The notes beneath the pieces were generated by a model, which was not told the DNA's origin, ran no database searches, and saw only the letters and a list, made by a program, of their open reading frames with translations. Shown piece by piece: positions 49,481 through 61,954 of a DNA stretch of 64,000 nt. Numbering within the stretch: position 1 is the stretch's first letter; each line of letters starts with the position of its first letter. A program made the position numbers and the translations under genes. Origin of the DNA: Mobula hypostoma (taxonomy: Eukaryota); assembly GCF_963921235.1 (NCBI RefSeq), contig NC_086097.1, positions 24,740,001-24,804,000 on the forward strand. Reading direction: 5' to 3'.

Positions 49481-50710
49481 CAGGGGTCCCCAACCTTTTT
49501 TGCATTGCAGACCGCTTTCATATTGACAATATTCTTGCGGACCGGCCGACCGGGGGGGTGATGGGGCGGAGGGATGGTTCCCAACGGACAAGAGTACAGT
49601 AGCAGTCGAATACGTTGTGTTTACCCCGTTAAAACTACAATGACCATGAAACCTTGCGCGGGCACCAGTGCACATGCGTGACTTGCGTATGCGTGCACGT
49701 GCCGTTTTTTGCTACAAATCGTTTTTGGCGATTCTGTTCGGGGGGAGGGCGCTGTTAATCACGACCGGAATATCGGTGATAAGTGGCTAATACACACAAT
49801 TTCGTTTCTAAAAGGGTTTATCTAACGAATTTAATATTAAACGCACAGCGCATATTTTCCTCGCATGAATATAGCGATAAGTCAATTATCAGGGGAGGAC
49901 AGGGGGGCTTGAAATACGTGTTGAACGAACTCCCAGTAGAAGTGGCAGAAGCAGGTTCGATATTATCACTTAAAGTTAAATTGGATAGGAATGTAGACAG
50001 GAAAGGAATGGGGAGTTACGGGTTGAGTGCACGTCGGTGGGACTTGGTGAGAGTAGCGTTCGGCACGGACTAGAAGGGCAGAGATGGCCTGTTTCCGTGC
50101 TGTAATTGTTATATGGTTATATAAGTAAGTCAATAGCACCATAACATTTTAAGTAACGTTTGGATATTAAACACACAGCGCATATTTTCCCCGTAAGAAC
50201 AGAAAAAAATCATTGCAACACATGAATATCGCTGAATCAGTGGGAGCCCTGGGCTTGTTTTCCTGCAACAAGACGGTGCCATCGAGGGGTGATGGGAGAC
50301 AGCGATACTCGAATGGGTTCCTTATGTCCAGTCTATTCCGCAATTTAGTTTCTGTTACATTCATCGCAGAGATAAGTTGGAAATGGAAGCAACGTGTTCA
50401 GTGCTTTCGTCGCTGTCTCAGGATATTCGCCCTTGACTTTGATCCAGAATGCCAGCAGAGATGTTATGTCAAACATAATTTTCAGCCCGTCATCATTTGC
50501 AAACTCGAGGAGTTGATCTTCTTCCCGCGCTGACATGAATGACGCGCGGGTAATGACCTCGCGTGCGTTCAAGCTCAACAGTCCGCGTGACAGGGAATGA
50601 GGAAAGGTGCAGCTGACTCCTATCGCCAAATCATATCGTTTCCTCACGGCCCGGTAGCGCTTTCCTTACGGCCGGGTACCGGTCCGCGGCCCGGTGGCTA
50701 GGGACCGCTG
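49481..50710 (-). mobile_element. Non-autonomous hAT (Charlie-like) transposon retaining the transposase C-terminal dimerisation region and containing a CR1 3' end
   Basis: TIRs CAGGGGTCCCCAACC / GGCTAGGGACCGCTG; 8-bp TSD GTCTAAAA/AACTAAAA; SLLAFWIKVKGEYPETATKALNTLLPFPTYLC..TKLRNRLDI. Confidence 0.9.
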
Positions 50711-51595
50711 AACTAAAACACTCAAAAACTTCTACAAATAAATCGCAAAGAGCATTCTGACTGGTTGCATTACCATCTGGTTTGGGGAGCGGGCGGTGGG
50801 GTGCTACTGCACAAGATCAAAATAAGTTGCAGAAACTTGCAAAATTAGTCAGCACCATTATGGGTACCAGTGTCCATACATCCAAAACATCTTCAAGGAG
50901 CATTGCCTTAGGAAGGCAGCGTCCATCATTAAGGATTCCCATCACTCAGGACATGCCCTTTTCTCCCTGTTACCATCAGAAAGGAGGTACAGAAGCCTGA
51001 AGGCACACACTCAGTGATTCAGGAACAGCTTCTTCCCCTCTGCCAAACGATTTCTAAATGGACATTGAACCCATGAACACTATACCTCACTATTTTTTTA
51101 ATACTGTTATTTTGCACTACTTATTTTAACTGACCTATTTAATAGATATATCTATACTTAATGTAACTCATTTTTTCTCGATATTTATTTATCATGGATT
51201 TCATTATTCTGCTGCTATAAAGTTAACAAATTTCACGACATATGCCAGTGATATTAAATCCGATTCTGATTCTTAATTGGACATTGTAAATTGTCCTATG
51301 ATAAGACTGTGGCTAAATAGGTATGTTGCTGGGTGGTGAGACTTGGGCTGCAATGGCCTGTTCTGTGCTGTATCTTGAATAAAATAAAAGAAGACATGAA
51401 CAGCACAGAGACAGGCCCTTTGGTCTAACTTGTCTATAGCAACAAATGAATTAGTTCCATTTCAATTCAGATTCAAGTTTATTTATCACATGTACATCAA
51501 AACAGACAATGAAATGTGTTGCATGCATATCAGAATCAACAGAACCAAAGGTGAGCTGGGGTCAGCCCACAAGCATTGCCCTGCTTCCGACACTA

Positions 51596-52080
51596 ACTAG
51601 GAGTACAAGCTGACAGATGAAAGGTGAGACCAGGTGAGAGGGAAGTTGGCTGGGTGTGGGGGGTGGGGGGGGGGAATGAAGTAATAAGCTGGGAGAGGAT
51701 AGGTTAAAGAAGTAAAGGGCTGTAAGAAAAAGGGGATATGATAGGACACCATAGAAGAAAGAGAAGCGGGTGGGGTACCAGAGGAAGGTGATGTTCCAGT
51801 GAGGGGGAGGGGGTAACCAGAATGGGGAATGGAAAAAGAAAGAAGGGGGACGGATTCCCAGAAGTTATAGAAATTGATGTTCATGCCATCAGGTTGGAGT
51901 TTTACCCAGTTGGAATATGAGGTGTTGCTTTTCCAACCTGAACTTGGCCTCATCATGGCCATAGGAGAGATCATGGACAGATATGTCAGAATGGAAATGG
52001 AAAGCTGAACTGAAATAGGAAGTCCCCTGGAGATACTGCCTTTTGTGGAAGACAGAGTGAAGGCACCATTCAACTCGATT
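51596..52080 (-). mobile_element. Decayed Penelope fragment (GIY-YIG C-terminus)
   Basis: HSDISVHDLSYGHDEAKFRLEKQHLIF..LQPDGMNINFYNF remnants. Confidence 0.75.
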
Positions 52081-52708
52081 TTCAATCTCCCTCATCTATG
52101 CCAATTTGCCACCACCATTGATTTGGCCAACAACAAGTAGTGTCATCAGCAAACTTAAGTATAGCATTGGAACTGTACTTAGCCACACAATTGTAAGTAT
52201 AAAGTGAGTCGAGCAGGGGGATAAGTACACAGCCCTGTGTGGCACTAGTGCTGACAGTGAGTGTGGAGGAGATGTTGTTGCCAATCCATACTGCTAACCA
52301 ATTCTGCATTGTTCTCTGGGACAGAAAGCCCACAAGCCTGGCCCAGTCTGGCCCATATGGCTAAACCCACATCAACAAGTGTGAATTACCAGGAACAGAA
52401 CAACAGGCTGTTCTGTTGCATCAAACATCTTGTGTAGTAAATGGTGGCCTTTTTTCAGATTGAGATTGAGATTTATTTATCACATGTAACATGGAAACAT
52501 ACAGTGAAATGCAGAATTTGTGTTAAACAACCAAAACAACCTGGGGACAGCACAGAAATGTCACCACACATTTCAACACCAACATAGCATGCTCACAATG
52601 CTCAACAAAACAACACAGATCACAAAAAGCAACAAAACAACAACAGCAAAACAAGTTTCCTACCCTCCTCCCACCAGTCAAACCCTCCCAACCACACACA
52701 CGCACACA

Positions 52709-52752
<44 letters not shown>

Positions 52753-55559
52753 ACTTCCAACTCAAGGACATGCTTACGGATCTCCAGTTTCTAGTCTCCG
52801 GGCTTTGGCCATCGACTTCCAGACTTCCAATCGACTTTTGGGCTTCAATCTTTGGTATTGGTTCCACCATGGGACTAGCTGATGACGGGACTCTGAACTG
52901 CAGGCTCAAGGTCCAGGCTTGCCAACTGTCCAGCTTTCATGCCTCCGGTTCGCAAGAACATCACGAGAATAAAATTTGCACCAATGTTACTGGTCTTATC
53001 CCAGCTGGGCTGGAGTTAAAGTCAGATATCAAGGAGATAGAGAGGTGAACAATCAACGTAGTACGAATGAGTGAGAGTAGTCAGTTATATGTCAAGGCTC
53101 CATAAAACAAAGAAGCATTTTTTAAGAAGGATTTAAAGATGCTCCACAAAAGGGAAAATCTGTTTCAACAGACAGGAGTGCCGATAACCAGAGGACAAAA
53201 ATTTAAAATAACTGGCCAAAAAAGTCGCAAGGGAGAATATGAGAATAATTTTTATGCAGTAAGTTGTTATGATTTATAATTCATTGCCTGCAGGTCTCGT
53301 GAAAGCAGAGTCAGTTGTAATTCTAAAATGGAATTGGACGTATACTTGGAAATGGAAAACATTTCCAGGGCTACGGGGAAAGGGCAGAATAGAGGGATAA
53401 TTGGACAGCTCTTTCAAAGAGCTAGCACGGGCCTAACAAGTGACTGGCCTCCCCCGTGCCTAACTTGACATGAGCAAGATTGTGAATGGGAAGTATAAAA
53501 TTAATTCACAGCATCTTTGGAATGAGCTGCCAGAGGAAGTGATTGAGGTAGGTAAATTAACAACATTCAAGAGATATTTGTGTAGATACATGGATGGGAA
53601 AGGTTTTGAGGTATATTGACCAACTGTAGGCCAATGGGGCTGGCTTAGATGGGCATCTTGGTCGCCATGGACCAGTTGCTTCTTTGCTGTGCAACTCTAC
53701 GCTGGATTTCAGAAAGGCCTTTCCCAAGTCCCACATCGGAAGCTGGTCAGAAATATAAAAGTCCAAGGAAGCCAATGGAGAGGAACCAGTTGGATATAAA
53801 AGGTAATTGTTTTGTTTTGTGTAACAGGAGCTATTCAGCCCATTGGAGTCCATTGAACATCCCCATCAGTCCCGTCACCCAACATATTTCCCTGCATCCT
53901 ATCCACCGTCAGGTACCCATCTACCCCTTGACTCTCCTCCCACCCTTCCACACTGGCCTGTTAATCTGTCAGCCAGTATGCTTCGAAGATGCATGTGGAA
54001 AGTAGAGAACCCAGGGGAAGCCCATAGCAACACACTGGAGGAACTTCAGCAAGCTAGGCTATATCTATGAATGGGAATGGTCAGTCGGCAGCTTAGGCCA
54101 AGACTCTTCATTGGAACTGGAAAGGAAGGGGGCAGAAGCCATTATAACAAGTGGGGGGGGGGGAAGGGAAAGAGTACAAGTTGGCAGGTGATAGTGTACA
54201 GCAGAAACCACAGAGGAGGAGCAGTGAGTCGGGGTCTCACCAAACTCCTATTGAACAGAAGATTTAAACTTCTTAGGGCAGGCATACCTCTAAGAGACTC
54301 AGCAGAGGAGCTTCAAATCGTAAATGCAAAAGACTGTGCAGATGCTGGAAAACAAGAGCAACAGTACAGACACAAAATACTGGAAGAACTCAGCAGATCA
54401 GGCAGCATCTACGGCAGCGGAATAAACAGTCCACATATTGGGCCAAGCCCCTTCATCGGGACTAGGAAGGAAGGGGAGGGGATGGAGTGGAAGATGGTAG
54501 GTGGTAGGTGAGTCGGAGAGCAGCAGAAATTACAGCAGGGAACCCCTCCCCCCACCCCCACAGTGGCAAAGAGGACAGGCCAAAGGTCACCAGCTTCAAA
54601 AGGCAGTGTCTCAACAAGGTGGCAGGGCGGCATAGCAGTTAACGCAATCGCTTCCCAGTGCTAGCAATCACTGATCTGAGTTCGATTCCCACCACTTAGG
54701 AGTTTCTACGCTCACCCCGTGACTGCACGAGTTTCCCCCAGGTGATCCAGGTTCCTGCCACATTCAAAGGACGTACAGATTGGTGTTAACGAGTGTTAGC
54801 GTTACGTTCCAGGCTGTCCCCAGAACGTCGCAAATGTGACAAAAATTACGCTTTTTACTACTTTTGATTCTTCAATATATATGTGACAAATAAAGCTAAT
54901 CTTGCAAACTTTAAGGGCCCTTGCCACCCAGGAGATGCCCTCTTGTCATTACTACCATCGGGGAGAAGGTACTGGGGCCTGAAAATCCACACTCAGTGAT
55001 CTAGGAACTGCTTCTTCACCTCTGCCACCAGATTTCTGAACAGTCCACAATTTTGTATGTGCTGCGCTGTACTGCTGCCACAAAACAACAAATTCCACAA
55101 CATACGTCAGTGATAACAAACCTGGTTCTGGTTCACATTCTCACACAATGATGTCATACGGTTTTGTGGTGTGGACGCCGTGTTTCTTCCTGGTGGCTCA
55201 GCAAGTACTTCAGTCATTCATCCTGTCTCCCTACTCTGAATGCCTGCAAGAAAATAAACCTCAGGGTAGTATATGGTGACATATACACATTTCGTTCATA
55301 AACTTACTTTGAACTTTGATTATCTCTCTGCAGTTTGCGAGAAATTGCTGTTTCGCAGTTCACAGTAATGGTCCATCAAGTATACCTCATGAGCTGAGAA
55401 GTACTTTGAATGACCTGCCATTGCTCTTCCAGCCAGCCTTTGTTCAGCTCCTCAGTTTCAACCTTTCCACCGCACAAAGCAGTCCCTGTCTCTGGCTATG
55501 TACCGACAGCCTTCAGTCCTGTGATGGCTGAAGTCAGTCTGCACAGTCCTGCCTCAGGA

Positions 55560-57234
55560 CCTCAAACGCAAAATACTCTGCAGATGCTGGGGTCAAAGCA
55601 ACACGCACAACACACTGGAGGAACTCAGCAGGTCAGGCAGCATCCGTGGAAACGATCAGTCAACGTTTCGGGCCGAAACCCTTTGTCAGGACTGAAGAGG
55701 GAGGGGGGAGAGGCCCTATAAAGAAGGTGGGGGAGGGTGGGAAGGAGAAGGCTGGTCGGTGCCAGGTGAAAAACCAGTAAGGGGAAAGATCAAGGGGTGG
55801 GGGAGGGGAAGCAGGGAGGAGATAGGCAGGAAAGGTGAAGAAAGAATAAGGGAAAACACAATGGGAAGTAGAAGATGGAGGCAGAACCATGAGAGAGGTG
55901 ATAGGCAGCTGGGGGAGGGGGCAGAGTGAAACTGAGATGGGGGAAGGGGGGGGAGGGAATTACCGGAAATCGGAAAATTCAATGTTCATGCCAAGGGGCT
56001 GGAGACTACCCAGACAGTATATGAGGTTTTGCTCCTCCAACCTGAGTTTAGCCTCATCATGGCAGTAGAGGAGGCCATGTATGGACATATCCGAATGGGA
56101 ATGTGAAGCAGAGTTGAAATGGGTGGCAACCGGGAGATCCTGTCTGTTGTGGCGGATGGAGTGGAGGTGCTCGACGAAGCGGTCCCCCAGTCTGCGTCGG
56201 GTTTCACCGATGTAGAGGAGGCCGCACCGGGAGCACCGGATGCAATAGATGACCCCAACAGACTCACAAGTGAATTGTTGCCACACCTGGAAGGACTGTT
56301 TGGGGCCCTGAATGGTGGCGAGAGGGGAGGTGTAAGGAGAGGTGTAGCACTTACGCTTGCAGGGATAAGTGCCAGGTGGGAGATCCTCGGGGAGGGATGT
56401 GTGGACCAGGGAGTCGTGGAGGGAACAATCCCTGCGAAAAGCGGAGAGGGCTAGAGAGGGAAAGATGTGCTTAGTGGTGGGGTCCTGTTGAAGGTGGCGG
56501 AAGTTGCGGAAGATAATGTGCTGGATCCGGAGGCTGGTTGGGTGGCAGGTGAGGACAGGGGGAACTCTGTCCCTGTTGTGGTGAAGGGAGGACGGGTTGA
56601 GGGCCGAAGTGCGGGAAATGGAGGAGATGCGGGTGAGAGTATCATTGATGATGGCAGAAGGGAAACCACAATCATTAAAGAAAGAGGACATTTGAGATGT
56701 CCTGGAATGGAAAGTCTCATCCTGGGAGCAGATATGGAGGAGACGGAGGAACTGGGAACAAAGAATAGCATTTTTGCATGTGGCAGGGTGGGAAGAGGTA
56801 TAGTCGAGGTAGTTATGAGAGTCAGTGGGCTTATAGAAGATGTCAGTGGACAGTCTGTCTCCAGAGATGGAGACTGAGAGATGGAGAAAGGGGAGAGAAG
56901 TGTCCGAGATGGGCCAAGTGAATTTGAGGGCTGGGTGGAAGTTAGAAACAAAGTCGATGAAATTGACGAGCTCAGCATGGGTGCAGGAAGCAGCACCAAT
57001 ATAGTCATCAATGTAGCGAAGGAAAAGTTGGGAAGCAGTACCAGTATGGGTTTGGAGCATATTCTGTTCCACATAACCGACGAAGAGGCAGGCATAGCTG
57101 GGGCCCATGCCAGTGCCCATAGCTACACCCCTGGTTTGAAGAAGGTGGGAAGAGCCAAAAGAGAAGTTATTAAGTGTGAGTACCAGTTCCGCCAACCGGA
57201 GGAGGGTGCTGGTGGTGGGGAACTGGTGAGGTCA
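55560..57234 (-). mobile_element. Penelope-like retroelement, 5'-truncated, with terminal repeat carrying a hammerhead motif (55656-55695)
   Basis: RT + GIY-YIG ORF; candidate TSD TCCTGCCTCAGGA / TCCTGCTTCAGGA at 55547-59 and 57235-47. Confidence 0.93.
55960..57195 (-). CDS. Penelope RT C-terminal part plus GIY-YIG endonuclease (open frame, N-terminally truncated)
   Basis: QTRGVAMGTGMGPSYACLFVG, FLRYIDDY, YKPTDSHNYL and GVIYCIRCSRCGLLYIGETRRRLGDRFVEH. Confidence 0.85.
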   Translation of the reverse strand: MAELVLTLNNFSFGSSHLLQTRGVAMGTGMGPSYACLFVGYVEQNMLQTHTGTASQLFLRYIDDYIGAASCTHAELVNFIDFVSNFHPALKFTWPISDTSLPFLHLSVSISGDRLSTDIFYKPTDSHNYLDYTSSHPATCKNAILCSQFLRLLHICSQDETFHSRTSQMSSFFNDCGFPSAIINDTLTRISSISRTSALNPSSLHHNRDRVPPVLTCHPTSLRIQHIIFRNFRHLQQDPTTKHIFPSLALSAFRRDCSLHDSLVHTSLPEDLPPGTYPCKRKCYTSPYTSPLATIQGPKQSFQVWQQFTCESVGVIYCIRCSRCGLLYIGETRRRLGDRFVEHLHSIRHNRQDLPVATHFNSASHSHSDMSIHGLLYCHDEAKLRLEEQNLIYCLGSLQPLGMNIEFSDFR

Positions 57235-57381
57235 TCCTGCTTCAGGATGACAGATGGTTCCTTTGAACAACATATCATTCTGAGCAAAACAGTCTATCAA
57301 GCAAAAGACAAGGTCAGAGTTGCACATTCTGTAAGCTCCACAGTTTGATTGCCAGTGATTCTTTGTGATTTACTGTGCTAT

Positions 57382-59420
57382 AATAGAGTCATAGAGTCAC
57401 AGAGCACTACAGCACAGAAACAGGCCCTTCAGCCCATCTAGTCTGTGCTGACCCTGTAATCTGCCTAGTCCCGTTAACTTGCACCTAGATAATAACTTTC
57501 CATAACCCTCCCATCCAAGTACCTATCTAGATTTCTCCTATATCAAACTCACACCCTTTACTTCTACTGGCAGCTCATTCCACACTCTCACTACTCTCTG
57601 AGTGAAGAAGTTTCCCTCATGTTCCCCTTAAGTAGTTCACCTTTCACCCTTAAGCCATGACCTCAAGTTGTAGTCTTACCCAACCTTGGTGGAAAACAAC
57701 TGTTTGCATTTACCCTATCTAAACCCCTCAGAATTTCGTATACCTCTATCAAACCTCCCCTCAGTCTTCTAGGTTCTATGGAATAAAGTCCTAACCTATT
57801 CAACCTTTCCCTATAAAATTCAGGTCCTCAATTATACTTGAAAATTTTCTCTAGACTCTTTCAATCTTATTTACATCTCTCCTGTAGGTAGGTGACCAAA
57901 ACTGCACACAATGTTCCAAATTAGGCCATACCAACATCTAATACAATTTCATCTTAAATCCCATACACAATATATTAAATTATAAAGGCCCCTATGCCGA
58001 AAGTTTTCTTTACGACCCTATCCACATACCTGTGATGCCACTTTCAATTAACTACGGACCTGTATTCCCAGATCCCTATGTTCAACCACACTTCTCAGTG
58101 CCCTCCCACTTACTGTGTAAGACCTACCCTGGTTGGTCCTCCCAAAGTGCAACACCTCACACTTGTCTGCATTGAATTCTATCTGACATTTTTTAGCCCA
58201 TTTTCCCATTTGGTCCAGATTCCACTGCAAGCTTTGGTAGTCTTCCTTGCTGTAAACTACATCCCCAATCTCGGAGTGAACTGCAAATTTGTTGAACCAT
58301 TTTACCACATTATCATCCAGATTGTTGCTATAGATGACAAAAAACAGACCCAGCACCGATCCCTGTGGCACAACACTTGCTATAAGCCTCCAGTCAGAGA
58401 GGCCACCATCTACTATCACTCTTTGTCTTCTCCCGTGAAGCCAATGTCTAATTCAATTTATCTTGAATGTCAAGCAACTACACCTTCCTAACCAACATCT
58501 CATGTGGGACCTTGTCAAAGGACTTGCTAAAGTCATTGTAGACAACATCCATTGTCTTGCCTTCGTCAGTTTTCCCAGTAACTTCCTCATTAAAATCTCT
58601 ATAAGACTGGTTAGACACAACTTATCACGCACAAAGTCATGTTGGCTATCCAGAATCAGTCCCTGTCTATACAAATACTTATATATCCAGTCCCTTAGAA
58701 TACCTTCCAATAATTTAACCACTACTGGTGTCAGGCTTACTGGCCTATAATTTCCTGGGTTGTTCTTACAGCCTTTTTTTAACAATAGAACAACATTAGA
58801 TATCCTCCAAACCTCCAGCAGCTCAACTATGGCTAAAAAAAATATCCCTTGATGTCTTGATGTTTTAAATATATCTAGGACCCATGCAATTTCTGCATTA
58901 GGCTCACACAGGATGAGAGGTAACACCTTGTTAAGGTCTGGTGATTTATTCACCCTAACTTTCTTCAAGACAACTAACACGCCCTCCTCTGTAATCTGTA
59001 CAGGACCCGTGAACTCACTGCTGCTATGCCTCATTTCTAAAGACTGCGTCCATCTTCCAGGTACATACAGATGCAAAAAATCTACTTAAGGTCTCCCCCA
59101 TCTCTTTCAGCCACACACACACACACACACACACACAGATGACCACACTGATCTTTGAAAGGACTAATTTTGTCCCTTGCTATCCCTTTGTTCTTAATAT
59201 ATTTGTAGAATCCATCGGGATTGTCCTTCAACTTGTCTACCAGAGCAATCTCATGTCTTCTTTTGGCCCTTCTGATTTCACTCTTAAGTGTTCTCTTGCA
59301 TTTCTCATACTCCTGAGGTACCTCATTTGTTCCTATCTGCCTATACCTGTCATGCTCCCCCTTCTCCAGCTTAATCAGGGCCTCGATATCTCTCAAAACA
59401 CAAGGTTCCCTCAACCTGTT
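57382..59420 (-). mobile_element. Decayed CR1 LINE ORF2
   Basis: [33 protein letters not shown] and a (ATGACTCT)n tail. Confidence 0.88.
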
Positions 59421-59624
59421 ATATACCTATATACCAGAACTCTAGAATGTGCCCTGACAGTGACCAGAATATTTCAAGTGTGGTCTAACCATAGTTTTAT
59501 AGAGCTGTAAAATTACCTTGCGGCTCTTGAACTCAATTCCCTGACTAATGAAGGCCAACATACCATGGGCTTTCTTAACAACCGGCAGAGAGATTAAAAG
59601 GATCTCAGGGTTGTATGTGGTGTG

Positions 59625-61005
59625 TAGGCCTCAGGGTTGACCATGGAAATTGTCAGGATTGGTCATGGAAATTGTGTCCTAGCTGTCTAGGTACGCAAGC
59701 TTGGGCAGTACCATATGAAGAGCAAGCTGTTGCCCATGTAGCAATGTTGCCCTCTCCACACATCTGACGAACCCAAGGAATGGTAGAGACCGAAACAGTT
59801 TGGTACCAGAAGCGTCGCAGGAGTTGTCAGTCAGCATTGAACTCAATGGAGTCCACTGGGACTCCAGATCCAAATTTTTCCATTGGGGTTTACTCCTGAA
59901 GCCTTCCCCAAGGGTGGGTATAGCTTCAAGTCAGCAGAGGTTTGAGATTAGAGTTTTTCTTCTTCTTGAGGTGCTACATTTTGGTAGGGCTAGTCAAAAT
60001 AGGACATGTATGGTAAATGGTAGGGCACTGAAGAATGCAGAACAGAGGGATCTAGGAATAATGGTGCATAGTTCCCTGAAGGTGGAATTTCATGTGGATA
60101 GGGTGGTGAAGGAAGCTTTTGGTATGCTGACCTTTATAAATCAGAGCATTGAGTATAGGAGTTGGGACGTAATGTTGAAATTGTACAAGGCATTGGTGAG
60201 GCCAAATTTGGAGTATTGTGTACAGTTTTGATCACCAAATTATAGGAAAGATGTCAATAAAATAGAGAGAGTACAAAAAAGATTTACTAGAATGTTTCCA
60301 GGGTCTCATCACCTAAATTACAGAGAAAGGTTGAACAAGTTGGGTCTTTATTCTTCGGAACGTAAAAGGTTGAGGGGGGACTTGATAGAGGTATTTAAAA
60401 TTAAGAGAGGGATAGATAGAGTTGACATGGATAGGCTTTTTCCATTGAGAGTGGGGGAGATTCAAACAAGAGGACATGAGTTGAGAGTTAAAGGGCAAAA
60501 GTTTAGGGGGAACATGAGGGGGAACTTCTTTACTCAGAGAGTGGTAGCTGTGTGGAAACAGCTTCCAGCAGAAGTGGTTGAGGCAGGTTCGATGTTGTCG
60601 TTTAAAGTTAAATTGGACAGATATGTGGACAGGAAAGGAATGGAGGCTTATGGGCTGAGTGCAGGTCGGTGGGACTAGGTGAGAGTAAGAGTTCGGCACG
60701 GACTAGAAGGGCCGAGATGGCCTGTTTCCGTGCTGTAATTGTTATATGGTTATATATGGTTATAGAGGACCTGCCAACTAAGGTTGATGAGCCCCAGATG
60801 CCCTGTTTTAAGGCACCAGTAACCCACCTTTGTCCCTCCTCCTGTCAGTAGAAACGGTTCCGCCGGGCTTAGTAGCTAAGCCACACGTGAAGGCCAGGAG
60901 CTGGACTTGATTGTCAGAGGCTATTTGAGGCTCACGCCACTGGGGGCATTTAATAGGCAGTGGGAGTTTGTCCCCATTATCACCCTCAGCTATAAAAACC
61001 TTAAG
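59625..61005 (-). mobile_element. RTE-clade 5' UTR-like element interrupted by CR1
   Basis: Minus strand GCTATACCCAC..GAAGGCTTCAGGAGTAAACCCC..CAACTCCTGCGACGC..CCAAACTG..GGAGAGGG resembles recalled RTE 5' regions. Confidence 0.5.
59967..60762 (+). mobile_element. CR1 3' fragment; same subfamily tails at 45275-45430 and 49918-50122
   Basis: EVLHFGR..QRDLG..LYKALVRPNLEYCVQF..NFFTQRVVAVW; (GTTATATG)n tail. Confidence 0.92.
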
Positions 61006-61954
61006 GTCTGGTGATATGCATGTATTCTGATATGAAATTTACTTTGAAACTTTGAACTTACATGGCAACTTGATGATGAAGACATTAAACTTCCAAGGCA
61101 GGATAATGTGTGATTTGCAGAAGAATCCATGTTTACATAGGAAAATCAGAAGAAGGGGCCCAGTCCTTCCATTGAGTTTGTACTGGCTCACAGAACAATC
61201 CCATTTCCCCCAGAAAAATATCCCTCAAAATTCAAAATCTATAATTGAATGAGCTGCCAAAGGAAGTGATGACGCAGGTACCTTAGTAACATTTACAAGG
61301 TACTTAAAAATGGATTCATGGATTGGATAGGAAAAGTTTAGAGAGAGGTGAACTAGTGGGGCCAAAGGCAGGTGGACTAGTAGGACTAGCTTAAATAAGA
61401 ATCTTGATTGACATGGAGCAGGTGAACCTGTTTTGATACTGTATAACTATGACTCTATAACTTTGGGATGTGGGAGGAAGCTGGGGCACTTGGAGCAAAC
61501 CCACACGGTCATGGGGAGAACTTTAAGTCCAGCATGATCAGCCATGACCATATTGCATGGTGGGGTATGCTTGAGAAATGCTGTAGCTTACTCCTACTCT
61601 TTGGAACTTGTCTGGTGTTCTTCTGACCCAAAACACTTGAAAAATCCTGTGACTGGGAATCTGAATGGATTGGAAAGAGTAGCTATCCCTCTCCTGTGAC
61701 TGAACAAAACTGGTACTTCATCCTTCAGCCTATCCCTCATTGAGTCATGGAGCTGTACAACACCACATCAGTCCCGTCAGCCCATCCATTCTATGCTGAC
61801 TACTGTACTTAAAAATACTATAAGACCATAGGACATAGGAGCAAATTAGACCATTTGACCCATTGAGTCTGCTCTGCCATTCCATCATGGCTGATTTATT
61901 ATCCTTCTAAACCCCATTCCTGCCTTCTCCCCATAACCTTTGATGTCCTTACAG

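Noticed and set aside
55700..55960. G-rich purine tracts with quadruplex potential (also 3440-3710)
   Set aside because: Ordinary part of the Penelope 3' region.
56119..57348. Plus-strand ORFs opposite the Penelope ORF
   Set aside because: Antisense shadows with no recognisable motifs.
59764..59800. CTGACGA..GAAAC hammerhead-like words
   Set aside because: No stem II closing next to GAAA and no stem I; lies antisense within an RTE-like UTR.
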